64,000 nt of DNA. Origin: an uncultured Bacteroidota bacterium. GTDB lineage: Bacteria; Bacteroidota; Ignavibacteria; UBA10030; UBA6906. Both the position numbers and the translations under genes were made by a program. The DNA lies in the NCBI GenBank assembly GCA_963700635.1, contig CAVOYH010000002.1, forward strand, positions 160,001-224,000, in the 5' to 3' direction. This document shows, piece by piece, positions 8,780-19,035 of this stretch. Below the pieces are notes generated by a model. It did not search any database, was not told the DNA's origin, and was given only the letters and a program-made list of their open reading frames with translations. Numbering within the stretch: position 1 is the first letter of the stretch; each line of letters begins with the position of its first letter.

Positions 8780-10410
8780 AGGCATACCTGCGGACGGCAC
8801 TCACCGAAGCACTCCAGCACGCCGGATACCCGGTCCACGATGACGTGACGGTCGAACGTCCGCGCCAGGAAGGACACGGAGATCTGACGACAAACGTCGC
8901 TCTGATCCTCGCAAAGTCACTCGGGAAAAAACCACGCGTGCTGGCGGAAGAGATCGTGGCGCATCTGTCACCGGATCCGGCCATGATTGCACACGTCCAG
9001 GTCGCCGGACCGGGCTTCATCAATGTGACGTTCACGGACACGTTTTTCCGCCGCCAACTTCCAGACCTCCTTTCAGCGGACAGCGACTTCGGGCGTTCTT
9101 CCCTCGGCAAGGGGCGACGGGTCCAGGTTGAATTCGTGAGCGCAAATCCAACCGGACCCCTCACGGTCGGACACGGCCGCGGCGCCGTGTTCGGCGACAC
9201 ACTTTCCCGAATCCTCGAATGGACTGGCCATCAGGTTGAACGTGAGTACTACTTCAACAATGCCGGACGGCAAATGCGCATCCTCGGAGATTCCGTGCGG
9301 CTGCGATATCTCACGCTTCTGGGTGAACACGTGGAGTTCCCGCAGGACTACTATCAGGGTGAGTATATAACGGACATAGCGCGTCATATTCATTCACTTC
9401 ATGGCGAGAGCAAACGCCATGAGCCTGCAGAAGGGCTCTTCAAATCCGTCGCGGAGGAGGAAATTTTTGCGGACATCCGCGCCACGCTGGCATCGCTCGG
9501 AATCACCTTCACATCGTATTATAACGAGCACACTCTCTATAGTGACGGAAAAATTGACGAAGTTGTGGCGGCGCTCAAGGAGCGCGGACTTACGTATGAA
9601 CAGGACGGCGCTCTCTGGTTCAAAGCGTCGTCACTGGGAAATGAAAAAGACAAGGTTATCATCAAGAGCTCCGGCGAACCAACGTACCGGTTACCCGATA
9701 TTGCCTATCATTGTGAAAAATTCCGGCGTGGTTATGATCTGATGATTGATATCTTCGGCGCCGACCATGTGGCTACCTATCCGGATGTCCTGGTGGCCCT
9801 GAACGCAATGGGATTTGATCCGGCGAAAGTGAAAGTGCTGATACACCAGTTCGTGACCATCATGGAGGGCAACGAAGTGATGAAGATGTCCACGCGGAAA
9901 GCCAATTTTATTACGCTGGATGAACTGACGCAGGCCGTTGGCGTGGATGCGGTGCGTTACTTCTTCATCATGAGAACCATCTCCAGTCATCTGAATTTTG
10001 ACCTGGCACTTGCGCGGCAGAAGTCCGATGAAAATCCCGTCTTTTACGTGCAATACGCTCATGCACGCATCTCGAGCATTCTGCGGTTTGCAGAGAAGGA
10101 AGGCAAGGTTGTCGGAGAAGGTGCCGGGTACGCCGAACGGCTGACCGAACCGGAAGAACTTCTCCTCCTCAAACGTGTTCTCCTCTTTCCGGAGATCGTC
10201 GAGGCGTGCGCCCTGACCGACGAACCTCATCGTTTGGCGGATTATCTTCATGACCTGGCTGGAACGTTTCATGTCTTCTATCACCACCATCGTGTCGTCA
10301 CACCCGACGGGGATCTGACTGCCGCCCGGCTTGCTCTGGTGCGATCCGTGCAGATCGTGCTCAGGAATGGATTCTCCATCCTGGGCATATCCGCGCCGGA
10401 ACAGATGTAG
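8776..10410 (+). CDS. argS: Arginine--tRNA ligase
   Basis: VEFVSANPTGPL-HG (HIGH-like), GADH, KMSTRK, NPVFYVQYAHAR, APEQM end; ATG 8776 overlaps rsfS stop. Confidence 0.97.
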   Translation: MKAYLRTALTEALQHAGYPVHDDVTVERPRQEGHGDLTTNVALILAKSLGKKPRVLAEEIVAHLSPDPAMIAHVQVAGPGFINVTFTDTFFRRQLPDLLSADSDFGRSSLGKGRRVQVEFVSANPTGPLTVGHGRGAVFGDTLSRILEWTGHQVEREYYFNNAGRQMRILGDSVRLRYLTLLGEHVEFPQDYYQGEYITDIARHIHSLHGESKRHEPAEGLFKSVAEEEIFADIRATLASLGITFTSYYNEHTLYSDGKIDEVVAALKERGLTYEQDGALWFKASSLGNEKDKVIIKSSGEPTYRLPDIAYHCEKFRRGYDLMIDIFGADHVATYPDVLVALNAMGFDPAKVKVLIHQFVTIMEGNEVMKMSTRKANFITLDELTQAVGVDAVRYFFIMRTISSHLNFDLALARQKSDENPVFYVQYAHARISSILRFAEKEGKVVGEGAGYAERLTEPEELLLLKRVLLFPEIVEACALTDEPHRLADYLHDLAGTFHVFYHHHRVVTPDGDLTAARLALVRSVQIVLRNGFSILGISAPEQM

Positions 10411-10654
10411 CATCGCTGACACTCTCGCGAGGATGCCCATATCCCCGAGTGGCATACCGTGGGTGTTCGAGGACATCAGGTTTTTCTCGGGCTCTAGCCG
10501 GGAATGTCCCAAATGAGCCGGACCATGCGGACTCCCGGGAGCACGAAGAGATTCGCAGGAATCTGCGCGCACGGAGCGAATAATGTGGCATACGCATCTG
10601 CTATGAAGAGCTCGCAGTCCGTTTTCCGGACCATCCGCCCCCGGCGGCGGTACG

Positions 10655-10683
10655 TTGACTTTCCCTGTCGAATTTCGTAAGTT
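10655..10683 (+). promoter_or_regulatory. Putative sigma70-type promoter of the polysaccharide operon (TTGACT-N17-TAAGTT)
   Basis: TTGACT 10655-10660, TAAGTT 10678-10683 in the argS-rmlC intergenic region. Confidence 0.55.
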
Positions 10684-10841
10684 CAAGTTATTCAATACGT
10701 AAGGGAAATCCACCTCACCTCCTTGCTACCAAAGAAGCCATCAGTGCAGAACCAGTGTGTCGGTTCCGGAACGCCTGTGCGCGCTTCGCTGCCTCCGTAG
10801 TCTACGAATAGATTCAATCTGAACACCATTAAGGTATTTCT

Positions 10842-11315
10842 ATGTTCAAGAATGGCACTATCCACGATGTCGTCATCAAGGATCTGGTGAAGTTTGCCGA
10901 TCAGAGAGGCTGGCTGGTCGAACTATTCAGGGAAGATGAGATCCCGCCGGAATTTATGCCGGTGATGGGATACATCTCCATGACCGTGCCTGACATCGCG
11001 CGCGGTCCCCACGAGCACGTCGAACAGGCCGACTGTTTCGCCTTCCTGGGACCTTCGACCTTCAAGGTGTATCTCTGGGATAACCGCAAGGATTCACCGA
11101 CCTACAAAACCCGACAGATAATGTTCGCCGGAGAAGATGCTCCCTGCACAGTCATCATACCGGCTGGAGTTGTACATGCATACCGGAATGTCGGAGACAA
11201 ACAGGGTATGGTTGTAAACTTGCCCAATCGTCTCTTCGCAGGGAAGGGAAAAGGGGAACCGGTGGACGAAATACGGCACGAGCACGATCCCCAATCCATA
11301 TTTCAACTGGATTAA
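10842..11315 (+). CDS. rfbC: dTDP-4-dehydrorhamnose 3,5-epimerase family protein
   Basis: DQRGWLVELF, RGPHEH, IIPAGVVHAY cupin motifs. Confidence 0.85.
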   Translation: MFKNGTIHDVVIKDLVKFADQRGWLVELFREDEIPPEFMPVMGYISMTVPDIARGPHEHVEQADCFAFLGPSTFKVYLWDNRKDSPTYKTRQIMFAGEDAPCTVIIPAGVVHAYRNVGDKQGMVVNLPNRLFAGKGKGEPVDEIRHEHDPQSIFQLD

Positions 11316-11318
11316 CCC

Positions 11319-12332
11319 ATGCGCAATGTTCTTGTCACCGGAGGGGCGGGGTTTATCGGCAGCAATTTTGTCCATTTTATGCTTGCTGCCCATAAAGGCA
11401 TTCATCTTGTAAATTTTGATACCCTGACCTACGCGGGGAATCTGGGCAACCTTGTCTCCGTCGCTTCTCACCCGCACTATACATTCGTACGTGGTGATAT
11501 TTGCGACCGGGCTGCCGTCGAGCGTGTCGTGCAGGAGCACGCCATTGACACGATTGTGCATTTTGCGGCTGAATCTCACGTAGACCGCAGTATTATGGGG
11601 GCGGCAATATTTGTCACCACGAATGTTGTCGGGACACAGGTGTTGCTTGACGTCGCCCGCGAAAAAAAGATCGAGCGGTTTCTTCACGTCTCCACGGATG
11701 AAGTATACGGGTCTCTGGGATCCACCGGAAAGTTCACCGAAAACACACCGCTGCATCCAAACAGTCCGTACGCCGCTTCAAAAGCCTCCTCCGATCTCCT
11801 GGCACTCGCAAATGTTCACACGTTCGGGCTTCCCGTGATTGTGACAAGATGTTCAAACAATTACGGCCCCTACCAATTCCCCGAAAAGCTGATCCCCCTT
11901 ATGATCGTGAACGCCCTGAGCAATAAGGAACTGCCGGTCTACGGCCAGGGGTTGAATGTGCGCGACTGGTTGTATGTGGGGGACCACTGCTCTGCGATTG
12001 ACACCGTGTTGCAGAAAGGGAAGGTGGGAGAGGTGTATAACATCGGTGGCGAGAACGAGTGGAAGAACATCGACATCGTGCGTCTGCTTCTGAATCGGCT
12101 CGGGAAGCCCGAGACGCTTATCAGATATGTCAAAGACCGGCCTGGCCATGACCTGCGCTACGCGATAGATGCTTCCAAGATCCGGAATGAGCTTGGCTGG
12201 TCGCCTTCCGTGACGTTTGACGAGGGGATTGTGAAGACAATTGACTGGTATCTTGCCAACGAAGCCTGGTGGCGGAAAATTATTGATGGAACGTACCGGG
12301 ACTATTATCGGGAAATGTATCATGAGCGCTAA
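11319..12332 (+). CDS. rfbB: dTDP-glucose 4,6-dehydratase
   Basis: TGGAGFIGSNF, FAAESHVDRS, STDEVYG, SPYAASK, DRPGHDLRY. Confidence 0.97.
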   Translation: MRNVLVTGGAGFIGSNFVHFMLAAHKGIHLVNFDTLTYAGNLGNLVSVASHPHYTFVRGDICDRAAVERVVQEHAIDTIVHFAAESHVDRSIMGAAIFVTTNVVGTQVLLDVAREKKIERFLHVSTDEVYGSLGSTGKFTENTPLHPNSPYAASKASSDLLALANVHTFGLPVIVTRCSNNYGPYQFPEKLIPLMIVNALSNKELPVYGQGLNVRDWLYVGDHCSAIDTVLQKGKVGEVYNIGGENEWKNIDIVRLLLNRLGKPETLIRYVKDRPGHDLRYAIDASKIRNELGWSPSVTFDEGIVKTIDWYLANEAWWRKIIDGTYRDYYREMYHER

Positions 12333-13986
12333 GCGAGTTATTGCGAGGGGCACCTTGCTCGTTCTCTTCGGGCTCGTTCTGCTGCTGCCGCCCACATGGG
12401 CGCAGACGCGGCAAACAACATCGCCACTGGATCTCCCCGGGGTCCGGGATAGATCAGCGCTCACACCCGGTGCAGCCGCGCCGGCACCTGCGCTTGAGTC
12501 CGTCATTGACCCGGACAACTACATCGTTGGTCCATCCGACGGCTTCGGTGTGAACATATGGACCGATCCTCCTGTGACGATGCGGCTGACCGTAACGCCG
12601 GAAGGAACGCTCATCGTCCCCGGTGTCGGCGAGATCGTCGTTGCCCGGTTGCCCCTTGCCGAAGCACGCGCAAGAGTTCTCACAGAGGTCAGGAAACGCT
12701 TCCGGTTTGGAGAATCCTCCGTCACGCTGGTCACACCGCGCTCAGTGGTGGTGTCCGTACAGGGGCGTGTCCTCAATCCGGGATCCTATGTCCTTCCGGC
12801 GTACAGCCGCGTGGACAAGGCCGTCGAGGAAGCCAACAAGACACTCACAGGGCAGTCATTTGATGAGGCCCGCTGGATCAAGAGCGAGATGTCCACCCGG
12901 CGGATCATGGTCCGGCATAATGATGGCACCCAGACGCGGGTTGATCTCAAGAAGTTTCTCGCATCCCAGGACGATCGGTGGAATCCCTATCTCCGCGAGG
13001 GGGATATTATTGTTGTACCACGGATTGACTTTTCGCGCGATGTGTTCGGAGTGTACGGAAACGTGAATGCTCCCGGACGATATGAATATGTCGAGGGTGA
13101 CGGAATACGGGCGGCGCTGCAGATTGTGTTCGGGTTTAGTCCGCGGGCGATTCAGGATAGTATCGAGTTTATCCGGCAGAACGAAGACGGCGAAACCGCA
13201 TTCCGTCGTTTCGTGAACGGGTGGGGGATACTCTCGGGCACTGATGAAGACATACCCCTGCAGGCAGGGGACCGTCTTGTGGTGCGGGGGCAGGTTGACC
13301 TCCGGGGCGACTACACCGTGAGTGTGCGGGGGCAGGTGAAAAATCCGGGTGTGTATCCCATCACGCGTGCCTCAACAAGAATCATTGACGTGATCAGGGC
13401 TGCGGGCGGATTTACCGAAGACGCGTCGCTGACGTCGGCGGAACTTATGCGACGTTCAGTAGCTGAAGGCGAGCTGGAAACGGAACGGCTGCAGAGCCTG
13501 CGGGGCGGTGTGCCTCAGGAGGATAGCTCATATTACTATCTGGAGACGATGCTGCGTCTCCGGAAGGAAACCGTGTATTGTGATTTTGCGGCGTTGTTCC
13601 TGCGGGGAGACTCCTCCCAGAATGTTCTCCTGCGCGACGGCGACGTCATTGTGGTCCCCATTACAAGCGTGACGATCTATGTTTTTGGGCAGGTGGTGAG
13701 CCCCGGTCACATCCAGTATACTCCCGGTGAAAATGTTGAGCATTACCTCCGGATGGCCGGAGGACTCACGGACCGGGCAAGGGAGTCCGATATCAAAATT
13801 GTCAAAGCGAAAACCCGCCAGTGGCTGTCGGCCGATGAGGGGATCGTTGAAGAAGGTGACTACGTCTGGGTCCCCAAAGTGACGGAAAAACCTTTCGGGT
13901 ACTTTCTGGGAATCATAGCACAATCAGCAGCAATTCTGGGTGCGGCGGTAAGCGTCGCACTGCTCGCGCTGCAACTGAACAAATAA
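12322..13986 (+). CDS. Polysaccharide export protein with multiple SLBB domains (Wza/KpsD-like)
   Basis: Signal peptide; YIVGPSD Poly_export motif; repeated V.G.V..PG.Y and L..GD.I.VP units; C-terminal hydrophobic helix. Confidence 0.85.
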   Translation: MSAKRVIARGTLLVLFGLVLLLPPTWAQTRQTTSPLDLPGVRDRSALTPGAAAPAPALESVIDPDNYIVGPSDGFGVNIWTDPPVTMRLTVTPEGTLIVPGVGEIVVARLPLAEARARVLTEVRKRFRFGESSVTLVTPRSVVVSVQGRVLNPGSYVLPAYSRVDKAVEEANKTLTGQSFDEARWIKSEMSTRRIMVRHNDGTQTRVDLKKFLASQDDRWNPYLREGDIIVVPRIDFSRDVFGVYGNVNAPGRYEYVEGDGIRAALQIVFGFSPRAIQDSIEFIRQNEDGETAFRRFVNGWGILSGTDEDIPLQAGDRLVVRGQVDLRGDYTVSVRGQVKNPGVYPITRASTRIIDVIRAAGGFTEDASLTSAELMRRSVAEGELETERLQSLRGGVPQEDSSYYYLETMLRLRKETVYCDFAALFLRGDSSQNVLLRDGDVIVVPITSVTIYVFGQVVSPGHIQYTPGENVEHYLRMAGGLTDRARESDIKIVKAKTRQWLSADEGIVEEGDYVWVPKVTEKPFGYFLGIIAQSAAILGAAVSVALLALQLNK

Positions 13987-14028
13987 CCCTTGATCGCCGG
14001 CGGTAGAATACAACGTCGTGTGTAATGT

Positions 14029-15267
14029 ATGTCCACCGAGAATCGAACCAGCAGCGAATCGACCATGCCAGCATCCGCCCCAAAAGAATTCCACCTTCTT
14101 GACACTGTAAATTTTGTGGTCAAGCGGAAAGAGATGTTCATCGGTATATTCCTCCTCTCTTTCGTCTGTACATTCCTTGCCGTCTTTGTCTTTGTGGAAG
14201 AGCAATACGAGGCCACGGCTGTTCTCATCCCCCGTTCTGAAGACGGTGTTTCTGCTGTGGGGAATCTCCTGCGCAGCGTGAAAGGGGTTTCGTTCGGCCT
14301 GGGCGGGAAGACCCCCAAATCGGAGACCGATCTGTATACGACCATCATCTACAGTCGCACAATGATGGAGGACCTGATCCGGACATTCGGTCTGGTCGCT
14401 GCATACGACCTGGATTCCACCAGCGCTGACCATATGGAAAAGGCGGTGAAGCGGCTGCGGAAGGACGTCTCTACCCATGAGACGGATGAATCATCCTATC
14501 TGATCACTGTCCGGGCGGGTACACGCGAGCGGGCTGCTGCGATGACGAATACCATCGTTCAGAAGATGAATGAAAGAATTGTCGAGCTGAATATCAGCCG
14601 TTCAAAACAGAACCGGGAGTTTCTGGGTGGGCGTGTCGATGAAGTGCGCCGGGCCCTCCGCCTTGCTGAAGATTCCCTGCGGGCGTATCAGGAGCGGACC
14701 GGATTGCTCGACACAAAAGTGCAGATACAGGGGATCATCGAGGCTCACACCACGCTGGAGTCCGAGCTGGCAGCCCGGAGGATTCAGAAGGGGATCCTGG
14801 CACAGATGTATGACAACGAGTCGCCCCAGGTCCGGGAAGCGCAAATGCAGATCTCTGCATACGAGAACAAGCTGAAAACGATGCGGTCCACGACCGATCC
14901 CGGAAGTCCCCTCCTTGCGCTTCAGACCCTTCCAAAGACCGCGGTGGAACTCCTGCGCCGGTACCGGGAAGTGGAAATCAACAGTCTGCTGCTCGAGTAT
15001 ATCATGCCTCTCCATGAGCAGGCCAAAATTGAGGAAAAGAAGGACTATCCGGTATTGCAGATCATCGACCATGCAATCCCTCCGGCAAAAAAGAGTTATC
15101 CTCCCAGGATCCTCTTCGCGCTGGTCGGGGCATTCTCGGTCACCCTTCTGGTCGTTATCGTACTGCGTGTGCGGTTGTCGGTGTTGCACACAGCCGACCC
15201 GAGAGTGGTGACTCTGCTCGAGGAGTTCAAGAGCTGGTCATGGAGTTCCTGGAAACTCAAGCCATGA
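14029..15267 (+). CDS. Wzz/GumC-type chain-length determinant (polysaccharide co-polymerase, no kinase domain)
   Basis: Two TM helices flanking a coiled-coil; IIDHAIPPAKKSYPPR motif. Confidence 0.85.
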   Translation: MSTENRTSSESTMPASAPKEFHLLDTVNFVVKRKEMFIGIFLLSFVCTFLAVFVFVEEQYEATAVLIPRSEDGVSAVGNLLRSVKGVSFGLGGKTPKSETDLYTTIIYSRTMMEDLIRTFGLVAAYDLDSTSADHMEKAVKRLRKDVSTHETDESSYLITVRAGTRERAAAMTNTIVQKMNERIVELNISRSKQNREFLGGRVDEVRRALRLAEDSLRAYQERTGLLDTKVQIQGIIEAHTTLESELAARRIQKGILAQMYDNESPQVREAQMQISAYENKLKTMRSTTDPGSPLLALQTLPKTAVELLRRYREVEINSLLLEYIMPLHEQAKIEEKKDYPVLQIIDHAIPPAKKSYPPRILFALVGAFSVTLLVVIVLRVRLSVLHTADPRVVTLLEEFKSWSWSSWKLKP

Positions 15268-16703
15268 ATGGAGTCGCGGGAACGGCGGGCGCAGAATCCA
15301 ATCAGGAATGGCGTTTCATGCTTTGGAGCGGCGCCGTTTTTACAGCGCTTTTTGTTGCACTCGTAACCTTCGGCGGCGGAAGAATTGAATCCGTTCTTGC
15401 CCTTCCTGTGCTGGCGCTGATCCTGACGCTCATGCGTAGTGTTGCACTGGCACTCGCTGCGCTTGTCGTTGTCCTCTTTGTCATCTTTCCCCTCTCGTTA
15501 TACAGCAGCGCAGTCTGGTTTTCGACGTTTGTTGCGCTGTCGTTTCTGATAAACTACCGGGACTTTGAGTGGCAGGAACTCTCCAGCCCGCTGACGATCC
15601 CTCTTCTTGCGTACGGTCTCGCCGTGTTGCCCTCACTTGTGAACGCGGTCGATCCGTGGCGGTCCATAGCCCTTCTGTTTAATGTCTGTGCTTTTCTGAT
15701 CGCCATGTACGTCACCTTTTTGACTGTCCGATCAATGACTGCTATCCGGCGGCTTGTCTGGGTGTATCTGGGGATGGTGCTGCTGAATGGGATTGTTCTG
15801 ATCCTGATCGCGATCACAAGCGAACGGCGGCAGTACGGCTTTGCAGGGATCATGTATGTGGATTACGCCGGTCTCGGGATCAGCATTCTGGCGGCAATTA
15901 CATTGCTTACGTCCGGAGCGCGCCGGATGGTAACGCTGGGTGTAACGTTTCTTGTTGGTATCGCCCTTGTGTTGACCCAGACACGGAACGCCTGGCTCAC
16001 AACTGCTGTCACCCTTTTGTTTGTGGTGGGATATCTGATCCGTTACCCTTTCCTCGCAGGTGTCCCTCGGCGGCGGCTTGTCCGGTATGCGCTTGTGGGA
16101 GGAATTCTGCTGCTCGTCATCGCCGGCGGCGCGTTGATGGTAAATCCTGCCATTGAACAACGTGCCTCGGACATAATGGACACGGAATCAGTGGAAGCGG
16201 GGGAATCACTCATTATCCGCAACTCTCTCATCACACGCCTGATGATATGGGATACCGCGCTGAACGCGTTTGTTGCCCACCCGTGGATCGGCGTGGGTGT
16301 GTATGGTTTTGCGCCTGCCTCCCAACAGTATTCCCGTCTTCCCGCCGTCTTCTATGACATCTATGTGCGGAACATGTCACCCCACGTGACATTCCTGGCG
16401 GTACTCTCAGAAACGGGCGTCATCGGGCTTGCAGGCTTCTTCGTCTTCCTGGGGGCTATCCTGCGGCTGGCATCCAGGGCCGTGCATGATATTCTCGAGC
16501 TTCGGGGCAAACGGTATGCGTTCGTAGGCCTGGTGGCGATGACGTATTGTACCGTATCGATGTTTGTTACCGATGCGTGGATGTGGGGACAGGGTATTGT
16601 CCTGTGGGGATTGATTGTTGGGCTCATCCTGGCGAATCGGAGGATCCAAAGTCCGGCAAAGAGTCTTCACAGCGAAACGACAGCACGGGGAGTTGAAGGG
16701 TGA
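15264..16703 (+). CDS. O-antigen ligase/polymerase family protein (Wzy_C)
   Basis: Polytopic membrane protein; LTQTRNAW, R..IW..A...F..HPW.GVG, PH..FL..LSE.G..G. Confidence 0.85.
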   Translation: MNGVAGTAGAESNQEWRFMLWSGAVFTALFVALVTFGGGRIESVLALPVLALILTLMRSVALALAALVVVLFVIFPLSLYSSAVWFSTFVALSFLINYRDFEWQELSSPLTIPLLAYGLAVLPSLVNAVDPWRSIALLFNVCAFLIAMYVTFLTVRSMTAIRRLVWVYLGMVLLNGIVLILIAITSERRQYGFAGIMYVDYAGLGISILAAITLLTSGARRMVTLGVTFLVGIALVLTQTRNAWLTTAVTLLFVVGYLIRYPFLAGVPRRRLVRYALVGGILLLVIAGGALMVNPAIEQRASDIMDTESVEAGESLIIRNSLITRLMIWDTALNAFVAHPWIGVGVYGFAPASQQYSRLPAVFYDIYVRNMSPHVTFLAVLSETGVIGLAGFFVFLGAILRLASRAVHDILELRGKRYAFVGLVAMTYCTVSMFVTDAWMWGQGIVLWGLIVGLILANRRIQSPAKSLHSETTARGVEG

Positions 16704-18256
16704 GGTCCGAGCTTGCCAAGGGATCACTCTCCGGTGCGCTCCAGGTCGTGGTGACCACTGCGCTGGTGCTGATTGCCGTGCCGCTCTTTGTCCGGAATCT
16801 GGGGCCTGAGGCATTCGGCCTCTTCTCCCTTATCGCGCTTGTTGGAAACGTCAACACCTTTGCGAATCTTGGCCTTAATTCCGCCCTTGTCCGGTTTGTG
16901 GCAGAACAGGGGAAAAGCAGGGAATCCGATCACGACATCGTGGTGACCCTTGTCATCCTGGTGAGCGTGATCCTCCCGCTGACGGCTGGCGGTTTTCTCT
17001 TCGAACGTACCATGCTGTCCGGCGTCCTGAACGTTCCGCCGGACTTTTATGACGACGCTGTGTGGCTTTACCGCGCGATGTTGATCAGCAATATCCTTGT
17101 TCTTCTCGGGGGGACCTTCACGGCAGTTCTGGATGCACAAGCGAAAGTGTATCTGACAAACCTCTTTCAGATGCTGTACACCGTGGTCTATTGGGGATTG
17201 ATCCTGGGTGTGCTCATTGCGGGACTCCCCCTGAAGATGATAGGGGTGACCACCGTGATCGCAACAACAACCTGGTTCGCGGCAGCGGGAACGGGCATGC
17301 TCCGCACGTGGGGGGTGCCGTCAGTAACCGGATTAAGAATGTCGTGGATGACGAGAGTGCGAAAACAACTGTCGTACGGCATGCAGTTGTTCTCTGCGGG
17401 AATGATCGGTTTTTTTTATGAGCCGCTGACAAAGCTCCTCCTGGCGCATTTCCTCGGTGTCCGCGAGGTGGGCGTGTTCGACATCGGCATGCGGGCTCGC
17501 AACATCGTAAACAGTTTGATGTTGAAGTTGCTCTACCCGCTGTATCCGCTGTTTGCGCGGCTTGACGACCAGAAGCAGATCCGCTCTCTCGTGCATGACG
17601 TGGAACAGAAATCGATGCTGCTGGTCGCACCCGTGCTGGGGATAGTGTTCCTTACGACAAGACCACTTGTCGACTTGTTCTTCGGCACCGATGTAGACGC
17701 GCTTGCCCTGACCATAGCGTGGATGGTGTCAACGTACCTCCTGTGGGGTTTTACCGTTACTCCGGTCTATACGTTCCTGATGGCCAAGGGGTTTGCATCC
17801 AGAACCGTGATTTCACAAGCCCTTAACGTTTTTGCAAACGGCGTTGTCATCCTTGTGACCTTTGGCTGGCTTGGATACTCTTCAGTGCTCGCGGGCAATC
17901 TGGCCAGCACCCTGTCAACGTGGGTGCTGTTGCTCTTTCTTCAGTGGAGGTTCTTGCACAGTCTGATATTCGACACGTGGCGGCAACTGTTCGCCGTCCT
18001 GGTCGTGATCGGCATCGGCATCGGGTGTGCGTTCGCTGTGCCTTCGCTGCAGGCAGGCCTCTACGGCGTGATCGCTGGCCCGGTGCTCATCATATGTGCC
18101 ACCATCCTGGTGTACCGTTTTCTGGGAGTTCTCAATGTGCAGGATGTGGCGCGCTACCTGGGAAGTGGAACAGCCGCATCGCGCGTGTGCGCGTGGCTGT
18201 TCTGCAGGGCAGGGAGTCCAACCGGGCCGGCAACGGAGCGAACCACGGTCTCATGA
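16700..18256 (+). CDS. Wzx-like oligosaccharide flippase
   Basis: Many TM helices; RNLGPEAFG and LG...VGVF motifs; position in cluster. Confidence 0.85.
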   Translation: MRSELAKGSLSGALQVVVTTALVLIAVPLFVRNLGPEAFGLFSLIALVGNVNTFANLGLNSALVRFVAEQGKSRESDHDIVVTLVILVSVILPLTAGGFLFERTMLSGVLNVPPDFYDDAVWLYRAMLISNILVLLGGTFTAVLDAQAKVYLTNLFQMLYTVVYWGLILGVLIAGLPLKMIGVTTVIATTTWFAAAGTGMLRTWGVPSVTGLRMSWMTRVRKQLSYGMQLFSAGMIGFFYEPLTKLLLAHFLGVREVGVFDIGMRARNIVNSLMLKLLYPLYPLFARLDDQKQIRSLVHDVEQKSMLLVAPVLGIVFLTTRPLVDLFFGTDVDALALTIAWMVSTYLLWGFTVTPVYTFLMAKGFASRTVISQALNVFANGVVILVTFGWLGYSSVLAGNLASTLSTWVLLLFLQWRFLHSLIFDTWRQLFAVLVVIGIGIGCAFAVPSLQAGLYGVIAGPVLIICATILVYRFLGVLNVQDVARYLGSGTAASRVCAWLFCRAGSPTGPATERTTVS

Positions 18257-19035
18257 AAATCTCTATCATTACGCCGTCGTATAATCAGGGAATCTTCATC
18301 GAGGAGACCATCCGTTCGGTACAAAACCAGGATCACCACGATCGTGAGCACATTATCGTCGATGGGGGTTCCACAGACGGCACCGTGGAAATTCTCCGGC
18401 GGTACCCGCACCTGCGGTGGGTCTCGGAAAAAGATCGGGGCCAGAGTGACGCCATCAACAAAGGGTTCCGGATGGCCGACGGCGACATCATTGCCTGGCT
18501 GAATTCGGATGATTGGTATGAACCCAACGTCTTCGGTGATGTCGTGCGTTATTTCAGCGAACATCCTGATTGTATGATCCTGTACGGCGACATCACGTTT
18601 GCGGACAGGGAAGGGAAGCCGCTCTTTGCCATCAAGGGTGGGACCTTGAGCTATGAACACCTCGTGGCCAGTCCGGATAGCATGCGGCAGCCCAGTTTTT
18701 TCTGGCGGCGGAGCCTCATCCAGGACTATGGGGGAGTAGATGAGAGTCTCCATCTTGTTATGGATTTTGACTTGTTTCTGCGCATCGGGCGCGGGCGACG
18801 ATTTTGTTATCTCCCCCGGAATATGAGTTACTATCGCTGCTATGATGAAAACAAGAGTCTGTCACTCGCACGGCAGCAGGTAAAGGAGATCTACAGGGTG
18901 TACCGCAAGCATGGCATCCGCTTCACCCCGGGGATCGTTCGATTTCTTGTGGCAAAATACGCCTTGTCGTTCGGACTTGTGAAGCGGCTGCACGGGTTCT
19001 TACGCAGGGGAAGGGAGGGGAATTCCCGGTCATGA
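18253..19035 (+). CDS. Glycosyltransferase family 2
   Basis: KISIITPSYNQG, VDGGSTDGT, GQSDAINKG, WLNSDD. Confidence 0.93.
   Translation: MKISIITPSYNQGIFIEETIRSVQNQDHHDREHIIVDGGSTDGTVEILRRYPHLRWVSEKDRGQSDAINKGFRMADGDIIAWLNSDDWYEPNVFGDVVRYFSEHPDCMILYGDITFADREGKPLFAIKGGTLSYEHLVASPDSMRQPSFFWRRSLIQDYGGVDESLHLVMDFDLFLRIGRGRRFCYLPRNMSYYRCYDENKSLSLARQQVKEIYRVYRKHGIRFTPGIVRFLVAKYALSFGLVKRLHGFLRRGREGNSRS

Noticed and set aside
9691-10713. 340-aa minus-strand ORF overlapping argS
   Set aside because: About 70% is antisense to a highly conserved gene and it has no recognisable motifs; likely a shadow ORF. Only its SD-like upstream element is kept as a finding.
13999-14006. ops/JUMPstart-like GGCGGTAG between the exporter and wzz-like genes
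   Set aside because: The same 8-mer occurs before folB (~52217), it is mid-operon, and no RfaH-like gene is in the window; chance is plausible.
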